18,301 nt of DNA from assembly GCA_044222475.1 (NCBI GenBank), contig JBGANF010000150.1, positions 1 to 18,301 on the forward strand, given 5' to 3'. Both the position numbers and the translations under genes were made by a program. Positions 1-8,200 of this stretch are shown here, in pieces (position 1 is the stretch's first letter; the number at the start of each line of letters is the position of its first letter). Under the pieces are notes generated by a model. The model searched no databases and was not told where the DNA came from. It worked only from the letters and a program-made list of their open reading frames with translations. The DNA is from Polyangiaceae bacterium. GTDB taxonomy: Bacteria; Myxococcota_A; Polyangia; Polyangiales; Polyangiaceae.

Positions 1-218
1 ACGGTTTCGTCGTCGACGATCCGTCGCTGTCACCGGCGACTCGCGAGTGCCTCAAGACCCTCGCGAAGCTGCCCGGGTTCGTCGGCGCGCGCGATGGAGT
101 GAGCTGGGTGCTTCCCGGAGGCATCCCCGATCCAGAGACGCTGCGCGAGCACCTCGAGATCGCGGCGAAGCTCATCCGCGGTCGCCGCGGGCTCACCGCG
201 GCGGGCCCGTTCCGCTGA
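1..218 (+). CDS. 3' end of a hypothetical protein (partial, starts before the window)
   Basis: Frame 3 is open from base 3 to TGA at 216-218 (GFVVDDPSLSPATRECLKTLAKLPGFVGARDGVSWVLPGGIPDPETLREHLEIAAKLIRGRRGLTAAGPFR*). Third positions are GC-rich, and it converges with a 2-bp gap on the stop codon of the minus-strand gene at 221. Confidence 0.65.
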   Translation, partial: GFVVDDPSLSPATRECLKTLAKLPGFVGARDGVSWVLPGGIPDPETLREHLEIAAKLIRGRRGLTAAGPFR

Positions 219-220
219 GA

Positions 221-3200
221 TCACTTCAGCGCCGCGTCCAAGTCGGCGATGGCCTCGCTCAGCTCGATCGCCGACACGTCCTCCCACGGGAGCGGCTTGG
301 GATCGTCATTGGCGCGGAAAAAGACGTGAGCGACGCGCGTCGTGGCCGAGAAGGGGCGCGACCCGAGAGTGGCCTCCACCACGAGCAGCCGGTGCGATCC
401 GCGTAGGGGCTTCGCGAAGCCTGCGCCCGGGTACGACTCGAACCCGCGAGCGCGCAGCGACGCGACCGCCTCGCCCGACAACGCCCGCGACTGGTAGCGC
501 GCGACCGAGGCTCGGCTCGCACCGCGGTGCACGACGCGGTCGATCTGCGGAAACGGCTCGAGGATCTCGTAGTCCGAGAAGCGCTCCTTCCACCGCGCGA
601 CGGAGTCTGCAGGGATCGCCACCGGGTGGACCACGCGAACGAAGCGCGCCGCGCCGAGATCGAAGGTCTCGTCGTGCTCGTCGGCGAGCGTTCCGTCCTC
701 GGCGATGCGGAACGTCCCACCGCCGTCGGTCTGCCACACGAGTCGCTTCGCGATGTGACCGAGGAGAGGGTGGTGGTGGAAGCACGCGGAGAAGTCGTCG
801 AGCGGGATCTCCCGCTGCGCGACCATGGCCTCCTCGAGGCGATCGATCGTGACCGATGCGAGCGCGCCCACGTCGCGCTTGATGCGACGCCACGTGACGT
901 CTGCGTCGTCGGCCTTCTCCGGATCGTCGCGCTCGTCCACTTGAGGAAGCTTCTCGAGTCGCTCGCCTGCATCGTCCTGCACGAAAGGCTCCAAGCGCTC
1001 GTCGAAGCCCACGCGGAACCCCCGTGATCCGAAGTCGAGGCGGAGCGAACCGTTCGCGTCGAGCCCGAAGTCCGGGATGGACGAGTCGATCAGCTTCTCG
1101 ACGTCGAGCGAGCGGCTGCGCGCGATCGCGAGCAGGTGGCGCGTCGCGTCGCGTCGAAGCGGCGCGAGTGCTGCCCGCCGCGAGAGCACGACGAGCTGGA
1201 GTAGCGCGGTCGGGGACGCGCGGAGAGCGAGCAAGCCGACCATGAGCGAGGCTCGCGTCCCGTCGGCCTCGTCGTCCGCGCGCCGCGCGAGATCGCCGAG
1301 CAGGCGTGCGCCATCATCGTCGGCGAAGTGGCCGAGCGCTCGGAGCGCACCAGCGTCGGCCAGCTCCGCGCCGGAGGCGATCCACTGAACCGCGGCTTCG
1401 TTGGCGAGCTCCGCGAGCGACGACGCATCGCAGGCATCGCGCACGGCATCGATCTCGGGGCGCGCAGCCCGGGCGTCCAGCACGAAGAGCTCTCCGAGAG
1501 CTTCCATCGCTTGCGGCGGGAGGGTTCGTCTCGTCCCCACCAGCTTCGGAGGACTGAGCGCAACCGAGTCCCAACACGACGGCGCGACCGCGGGCACGTC
1601 GGGTGGCCGCGTGTGGGGATCGATCTCGAGCAACGGCCCGACGAGTCGCACGATCGCGTCGCCATGCCTCGCCGCGACGTCGAGGACGAGCGGCCCGTGC
1701 CCTCGCTGCCCGAGCTCGAAGAGCGCGACGTCGGCGGCGTCCCGGGAGGGCCCCGCGCGACCAGCCGCGATCGGAACGAGCCCGATCGCTGCGGCTTCGG
1801 GGTGCGCGTCGAGCCACTCGATCGCGTGGGTCTCGGCGACGGAATCGCCGATCGCCGCAGCAGCGATGGGCGCGAGCTCGCGAGCGTCGAACGGCGAGAG
1901 CACCGGTGCCGCGTCGATCGGTCGCGCACCGCCGAACGTCACGAGCCCTTCGAGCGCGGCGAGCTCGTACGTGGCGATGAACGAACGAAGGGCGTCGATC
2001 TCGCACGGCTGGAAACGGTCCGGCCGGATCTCCTGCCAGGCCGCGAGCGCGATCGAGGGTGAAGCCTCGAGGAGGAGGTGCGTCGCGCACGTGCCGCGCA
2101 GATCGCGGGCTGCATCGAACAGCTCTTCGCACTGCGCGTCGCGCTCGATGGTGGAGAGCTCCGAGAACGGGTCGGGAGGCGGTTGCGGCCCCCACGCCTC
2201 GCGCAACCCGACCGGCCATCGCACGCTCGGCGCGTGAGCGAGCGGCTCCAGCGCATGCACCGCGCGCGGAGGTGGACGCTCCTTGCGCCACGGCGGTGAT
2301 CGAAGAGCCGCCGGGATCGCCTCGGAGTCGAGAGGCTCACGCTCGGTCGAGCTCGCGGCGCGAGTGGACGCGATGCGCATCGCGCGGCGGGCGCCTTCCC
2401 CAGGGGCTTTCGGGCGCAGCTCCGGATCGACTCGGAGCATCCAGGTGAGGAGCGCGAGCGCGATCGCACCGGTCGGCCCGCCCGACGCGGCGAGGGAGGC
2501 CACGCGATCGACGAACGGCCGCGGCGCCGCGAGCGCTGCCGTGATCGTGCCGGGCAAGAGGTCGCGATCCTCGAAGCCTCGACCGAGGAGCTCGGCCACG
2601 CGCGGGTCCACGATTCTCCCCAACGCCCGCGCCGCCGCGCGCCGCACGGCGTGGTGATCCTTCGCTGGCTCGAGCACGCGCGCGAGGGCGTCGAGCGCGT
2701 GCCCCCCTGCGACGTCGACGAGATCGTCGAAGAACGCTGCACAAGGGCCGAGGTCGAGCCGTTCGACGAGCGCGAGCGGCCGCTCCCGACCGGACGCCGA
2801 AGCGAGGAGCGCGGTCGCTCGCGGTGGCAGGTCGGGAAGCGCGAGGTGCTCGTCGACGACGAGTCGCACGATCGTGCGTTCGAACGGGAAGGCGAGCGCC
2901 AACATGCAACGAAGCTCGCCGTCGGCGTGGCGGTAGGCCAAGCGCATGCGGGACACGGCGCGAGCACGGACCTCGTCGGGCGCGCGGGCGAGGTGCACGC
3001 GAAGAGCGCGCCACGGCGAGGCGCGACCGGTCCAAGCGCGGGCCGACGTCGTCATGATCGACGCGCGTCCTTGGCCGTCCACTCGAACCCCGAGGTTCGC
3101 GGCACGGAGCAGCACGTCGAGCGCGAACGCGGCGTCGCGCGAAGCCACCCAGAAGTCGACGAGGGCGCCCAGAGGATCGTCGTTCGCGGAGGCGACGACG

Positions 3201-4132
3201 TGATCGAGCATCGCGAACGCTGCGGCCTCTCCGTCGAGGTCGAGGATCGGTGGGGCGTCGGGCGCGCCGAGGAATCGCGCCAGCGCCGCGGCGTGCCTCT
3301 GCGGGCGCTGACCGGTCTCGTGTTCGAGAAACCTCATGCGTCGCCTCGCCAGCGCAGCCGCACCGGCTGCGAATGCGTCGCGCACGCGGCGCCATGCGCC
3401 CGCGGCGTCGAGCGGCGCGGGTCGTCGCCTCGCCACGACGGTCAGCGGCGACGGAGCGATCTCCTCGCGCTCCGCCCAGCCGGTGGCGAGCTTCTCCTCG
3501 GCGAGACGCTCCATCTCAGAGCGCGCCTCGGCCTCGTCGGTGCATCGACGGACCTCGATGCTGGCGCCCGGCATGGGCAAGGCCCGCGACGTGTAGAGCG
3601 CGCCTTCGTGCACCGCCACGCCCCACGCGTCGCCGTCGGCGATGCGCTCGAACCAGCGAGGCGGCGTGGGCCACGTGTCGGTGCGGCTCGCTTCCCACGC
3701 CTCGCGTCTCGCGCGTCGCTGCTCGGCCAGGGCTTCGATCCGTTCGCTCCGCTCGGCCGCGATGCGGTCTCGCTCGGCGCGCGCCTTCTCGCGCTCGTCC
3801 TTCGTCTGCTCGCGCTCGACGGCGCGGGCCGCCTTGGCTGCAGCGGCCGCAGCCTCCTCCGCCACCGTGGTGGCGCCCATGCTCATCGGTGCTCCGGTTG
3901 CCGCTCGGCGAGCCGATGCCGTTTCGCCGTCGAGCTCGACGAGGCCGCCCGCGACGTAGCCGCGCACGTGCTCGTCGAACGCGGCTCGTGCGTCGGCCTC
4001 GTTCTCGTAGATCGTCGCTCGGGCGACGCCGGCCGTTCCTGGGACGCCGACGACGTAGGTGACCGTCGACCCTTCGAGCCAGATCTCGCGCCAGCGCGGT
4101 TTCCCCTCCGCTTCGAAGCGACGGACGATCAC
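221..4132 (-). CDS. WGR-like + DUF4132 domain protein (YehI/MolR-like), ~1303 aa
   Basis: Start re-called to the GTG at 4132, which overlaps the upstream stop as GTGA and has GAGG just upstream. Two WGR-like repeats (RRFEAEGKPRWREIWLEGSTVTYVVGVPGTAG...ARAAFDEHVRGYVAGGLVE; RWFERIADGDAWGVAVHEGALY...EARSEMERLAEEKLATGWAE) are separated by an E/R/A-rich coiled coil. The C-terminus has the DUF4132 signature IPDFGLDANGSLRLDFGSRGFRVGFDERLEPFV...RLEEAMV...HHPLLGHIAKRLVW...HPV...W...DYEILEPFPQIDR. Confidence 0.85.
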   Translation of the reverse strand: MIVRRFEAEGKPRWREIWLEGSTVTYVVGVPGTAGVARATIYENEADARAAFDEHVRGYVAGGLVELDGETASARRAATGAPMSMGATTVAEEAAAAAAKAARAVEREQTKDEREKARAERDRIAAERSERIEALAEQRRARREAWEASRTDTWPTPPRWFERIADGDAWGVAVHEGALYTSRALPMPGASIEVRRCTDEAEARSEMERLAEEKLATGWAEREEIAPSPLTVVARRRPAPLDAAGAWRRVRDAFAAGAAALARRRMRFLEHETGQRPQRHAAALARFLGAPDAPPILDLDGEAAAFAMLDHVVASANDDPLGALVDFWVASRDAAFALDVLLRAANLGVRVDGQGRASIMTTSARAWTGRASPWRALRVHLARAPDEVRARAVSRMRLAYRHADGELRCMLALAFPFERTIVRLVVDEHLALPDLPPRATALLASASGRERPLALVERLDLGPCAAFFDDLVDVAGGHALDALARVLEPAKDHHAVRRAAARALGRIVDPRVAELLGRGFEDRDLLPGTITAALAAPRPFVDRVASLAASGGPTGAIALALLTWMLRVDPELRPKAPGEGARRAMRIASTRAASSTEREPLDSEAIPAALRSPPWRKERPPPRAVHALEPLAHAPSVRWPVGLREAWGPQPPPDPFSELSTIERDAQCEELFDAARDLRGTCATHLLLEASPSIALAAWQEIRPDRFQPCEIDALRSFIATYELAALEGLVTFGGARPIDAAPVLSPFDARELAPIAAAAIGDSVAETHAIEWLDAHPEAAAIGLVPIAAGRAGPSRDAADVALFELGQRGHGPLVLDVAARHGDAIVRLVGPLLEIDPHTRPPDVPAVAPSCWDSVALSPPKLVGTRRTLPPQAMEALGELFVLDARAARPEIDAVRDACDASSLAELANEAAVQWIASGAELADAGALRALGHFADDDGARLLGDLARRADDEADGTRASLMVGLLALRASPTALLQLVVLSRRAALAPLRRDATRHLLAIARSRSLDVEKLIDSSIPDFGLDANGSLRLDFGSRGFRVGFDERLEPFVQDDAGERLEKLPQVDERDDPEKADDADVTWRRIKRDVGALASVTIDRLEEAMVAQREIPLDDFSACFHHHPLLGHIAKRLVWQTDGGGTFRIAEDGTLADEHDETFDLGAARFVRVVHPVAIPADSVARWKERFSDYEILEPFPQIDRVVHRGASRASVARYQSRALSGEAVASLRARGFESYPGAGFAKPLRGSHRLLVVEATLGSRPFSATTRVAHVFFRANDDPKPLPWEDVSAIELSEAIADLDAALK

Positions 4133-5157
4133 GGGGCGACCTCGTCGTCGTCCCAATGTGGGACAGCAGGGACACGCTCTCCCTTGCCGTAGCCGGGCCT
4201 CTGATCCTCCACTCGCGCGTGCGCGTTCGCTCGACGCACGTACTCCTGCCCCAGCGGAGTGAGCAGGTTCTCGCGCGCGTCGAGGAGCTCGAGGTTGGCG
4301 AACCGCGACGCCACGGTGCCGAGCGCCGCTGCCCCGCCGTCGGTCATCGTCCCTCGCGAGAGATCGAGCCGGCGCAGTCGCGAGACGAGCCCGCCCTTCG
4401 CCAGCGCGCGGCACACGTCGTTGGTCAGGGTGGTGTTGCAGATCCCGAGCGCGACGAGCTTCGGCAGCTTGGTCTCCGCGAGGAACGCGATGACCGGAGC
4501 GCTGGCGAGCTGCGACTCTCCGAGCCACAGCACGAGCTCTTCGAGCTCCGGCCAGGTTTCACCGGCGATCGCGGCGAACACGCGCGGCGAGAGCTCGGTC
4601 GACTCGACGACCAGCTTGCGGAGCCGAGACGCGACGAGCGCCGTCGGAACGTCGACGCGCCCGACGAGCTCGAGCTCGACCAGCCGGGGCAGCGCGAGGA
4701 GGTTCCACGCGCGCGCCCCCAGATCGACGTCGGGGCCCTCGCCGAGCCGCAGACGCTGGAGCGACGGTGGGCTCCACCGCTCGATTGCGCGGATGACCGC
4801 GGGCTCGCTCGATGGAACGACGAGCTCGCGCACGAGCGTCGTCGAACGAAGCTCGCGCAGCGCGTCGATGCGACCGGCGAGGTCCGAACCGCTGCTCAGG
4901 CGAACGGAGACGGCGAAGCCATGGCGCAGCTCCATCTCGCCCTCGACGCTGCGCTCGACCCGCATGAGCGCGGCTCGCGGATCGCCGCGCCGCTCGAGGT
5001 CGGCCTGGTAGGCGCTCCACACGCGCTCGTCGTCGGGCCGATCGAGGAGCACCGCCTCGAACGGTACGTCCTCGGGAGCGACCTTTCGGCTCCGCTTCAC
5101 GTCTCGCACCGCGGCGGCGGTCGGGGCGGGGAGATCAGGGGCGAGCGGCTTGGTCAC
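4129..5157 (-). CDS. TIGR02996-like N-terminal domain + leucine-rich repeat protein (STM4015-like LRRs), 342 aa
   Basis: The N-terminal segment LLDRPDDERVWSAYQADLERRGDPRAALMRVE resembles the TIGR02996 pattern. LRRs follow (PSLQRLRLG, PRLVELEL, WPELEELVLWLG, LPKLVALGICNT, LRRLDLSRGTMTDGGA, LELLDARENLL). Its stop overlaps the start of the DUF4132 gene. Confidence 0.8.
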   Translation of the reverse strand: MTKPLAPDLPAPTAAAVRDVKRSRKVAPEDVPFEAVLLDRPDDERVWSAYQADLERRGDPRAALMRVERSVEGEMELRHGFAVSVRLSSGSDLAGRIDALRELRSTTLVRELVVPSSEPAVIRAIERWSPPSLQRLRLGEGPDVDLGARAWNLLALPRLVELELVGRVDVPTALVASRLRKLVVESTELSPRVFAAIAGETWPELEELVLWLGESQLASAPVIAFLAETKLPKLVALGICNTTLTNDVCRALAKGGLVSRLRRLDLSRGTMTDGGAAALGTVASRFANLELLDARENLLTPLGQEYVRRANAHARVEDQRPGYGKGERVPAVPHWDDDEVAP

Positions 5158-5166
5158 GGGGCCGGA

Positions 5167-5210
5167 ATCCTACCGTAGGAGGCCGTAACGCAGGCCTGAG
5201 TTACTTTTTT
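5167..5210. promoter_or_regulatory. Divergent promoter region with two palindromes
   Basis: TCCTAC-C-GTAGGA at 5168-5180 overlaps a minus-strand TAGGAT -10-like hexamer (5172-5167) that lies 9 nt before the GTG at 5157. GTAACgCAGGCCTGaGTTAC at 5185-5204 is a 20-bp palindrome with one mismatched pair, followed by T6. Confidence 0.5.
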
Positions 5211-5287
5211 CGAGCCCCCCGGCCGGATGGATGCTACGCGAGCGTTCCCAAGATCGTCAGCCGGCTGACAATCCCGACGGAGGCCCC

Positions 5288-8200
5288 GTGCGCCCGAGCA
5301 TCATCGCCCTCACCTGCGTCCTCACGGGGCTCGTCTCCGCGGGCGAAGCCTCGGCCGCCGAGCCGCACCGATCGACCCATTTCCTCCCGTCGGCGAACGG
5401 CCGGGCGTCGATCGCGTTCGACGTGAGCCAGAACCGCCTCACCCAGTTCCTGGAGCACCCCTACCGGTTCCCGAAGGCAGGGGTCGAATCGCGCGACCTC
5501 ATGTTCGATGCCTACCCCGGCGTGCGCGTGGGCTCGGTCCCGACGTGGCTCACCGACGCGCCGATCACGAAAGCCGAGTACGTCGAGGGCACCGGCATCA
5601 TCCACGTCGTTCGTCTGGTCTCTGGTCTCCGCGTCGAGGAGTTCGACTTCGCGCCGATCGGCCTGGCCGAGAGCGCGGTGTTCCACGTCGTCCAGATCAC
5701 GCGTCTCTCGGGCAGCGGTGCGGTCGACGCGTACCACCTCATGAACTACAAGCTCGGCGCGGGGAGCCCCAACCCTTCGTCGAACGGCGAAGGCCTCGCG
5801 TACAACGCTCCGCGCGACGCGTTCTACGAGTGGGGCCCCGGTGGGCTCGCGATGGGCCACGGAAGCATGGTCGCGTCGTCCCATCATGGGACGGCTCCCT
5901 ATGGCACCCTCCTCGGCGGCGGCAACCTCCTCGACGACAACGGCGTCGCGGTGAAGGACGACCAAGTCCCGGGGTTCCAGCAGTCGTTCGGTGACATCGC
6001 GGTCAACGCGACGGTGTGGGCCGGGTGGTACTCGGTCCTCGCGCTCGACGCCGACGCTCAGCCGGCGGTCGACCGCGTGCGCACGTTCCTCGCGAGCCGC
6101 ACGCCGAAGCAGATCGTCGACGACGAAGTCGCAGCGTGGGCCAGCTGGCGCACGGCGGCTCCGTCGGGGCTGTCGGCCACCGAAGCGAGCCTCTTTGCGC
6201 AGTCGCAGGCCTTCCTTCGGATGGGCCAGGTGACCGAGCCGGGCAAGAGCGACGGTCAGATCCTCGCGAGCATCGCGCCCGGCAAGTGGAACATCTCGTG
6301 GGTTCGCGACATGGCGTACGCGACCGTCGGGCTCGTGCGCACCGGTCACTACGCCGAAGCGAAGAAGGCGCTGCAGTTCCAGCTCGGCGCGACGGTCGGC
6401 GGCTACCAGTCGTACGTCGGCTCGCCGTACCAGATCTCGGTCGTTCGCTACTACGGCGACGGCACCGAGGAGAGCGACTCCAACGCCGACGGACCGAACG
6501 TCGAGTTCGACGGCTTCGGGCTGTTCCTCTGGGCGCTCGACGAGTACGTCGCCGCGTCGAAGGACACCGCGTTCGCGACCAGCGTCCTCCCGGTCGTGAA
6601 GAGCAAGATCGCCGACGTGCTCGTGAAGCTCCAGGAGCCGAGCGGTCTCATCGCCGCGGACTCGAGCATCTGGGAGGTGCACTGGAACGGCAAGCAGCAG
6701 CACTTCGCGTACACGAGCCTCACCGCCGCGCGCGGTCTGTGCGGCGTGACGAACCTCGGCGGCGAGGCCAGCTACCTCACGGCAGCGCAAAAGATCGGCG
6801 CGGGCATCCTCGCGAACCTGCGCGCGCCGAACGGCGCGATCTCGCAGTCGACCGAGGCCCTGAAGGACGGAAAGGGATTCCTCGATGCGGCGGCGATCGA
6901 GGCCGTCTCGCTGGGGCTCGCCGATCCGAACAAGCGCACCGCGCGCGCGACTGTGAACACGATCGCGACCGGCCTCGTTCCGCCGAGCGGTCGCGGCTTC
7001 TTCCGCAACGACGACGGCGATTGGTACGACAGCCAGGAGTGGATCTTCGTCGACCTTCGCATGGGTCGCGCGCTCGATCTCGTCGGCAACGCGACGCTCG
7101 CGAAGTCGACGCGTGATTGGAACGTCGCGCAGGCGACCGAGAACTACGGGATCCTCTCCGAGCTGCACGACCGCGTGACGGCGGACTACGCCGGCGAAGC
7201 GCCGATGGTCGGCTTCGGCGCGGGCGGCTACATCCTGATGACGAAGCCCGACTCGGCGACGAAGCCGTGCCTCGTGATCACCGAGCCCGACGAACCGGTC
7301 GACGGTGGGGTCGACGGAAGCGCGAACAATGATGGCGGCACGGATGGCGGAAGCGACGGTGGAACGGTGACGCCGCCGGGGAACGACGGAGGCTGCAACT
7401 GCGACGCGACGGGCGCGGGTGGTGCGAATGGCGCCGGGTGGCTCGTTGCGATCCTCGTCGCGGTGGGCGCGGTCGTTCGTCGATGGCGCTCTGGATCGAA
7501 GTCGGATGGGCGCCCCGGACTGAAGTTTGCGGCAGCAGATGGGCGCCCCGGACTGAAGTCCGGGGCAGCAACGGACCCAATGCGAAGCCCGTCCAAAGCC
7601 CGCCCAGGAGGGCGGGCTCTCACTGCGGGAATCCCCATCGAGAGCCCGCGCTCTGCGCGGGCTTTGGTCGAGTATGGAATCGGGAACGTTGCTGCCCCGG
7701 ACTTCAGTCCGGGGTGCTCCCTTCTCGCGCTTCTAGCAGTGCTCGCTCTCACCGCGTGCTCCGACTCCACCGATCCCAGCAACCCCGACGGCTCCACTCC
7801 CGACGGCGGCTCCCTCGACGCCGTGGCCGACGTTCCGCTCGTCAACGTCGACGCCGGCGCGTGCGCGACGACGTTCCGCTTCGTGCCTCCCAACGGCACC
7901 GCGCCGAAGACGGTCGGGCTCGCGGGCGAGTGGAACTCGTTCGCGAACCCCGGCACGCCGATGACCGGCCCGGACAAGGATGGCGCCTTCACCGCCTCGG
8001 TGCCGCTCGCGCCGGGGCTCGTCGCGTACAAGGTCCTCGTCGACGGCAACTACCAGCTCGACGAGGGCGCGCGCTTTCGGAAGTACGTCAACGGGATCGA
8101 GAACTCGGCCATCGACGTCACGGACTGCTACCTGCCGACGCTCGCGCTCGTGAAGCAGTCGCTCACGCGTCAGACGACCGGCACGTACGCGGTCACGGTC

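Noticed and set aside
4133..4528. 132-aa N-terminal extension of the 1435-aa ORF
   Set aside because: It overlaps the LRR gene in another frame and is Arg/Ala-rich shadow sequence. The GTG at 4132, with stop overlap and SD, is the better start.
5231..5287. ORF-track start of the 1580-aa ORF
   Set aside because: GGAGG + GTG at 5288 gives a clean signal peptide; the extra 19 residues do not fit.
7505..7717. Possible CRISPR array
   Set aside because: Only two adjacent direct copies with no spacer and one inverted copy; no cas genes.
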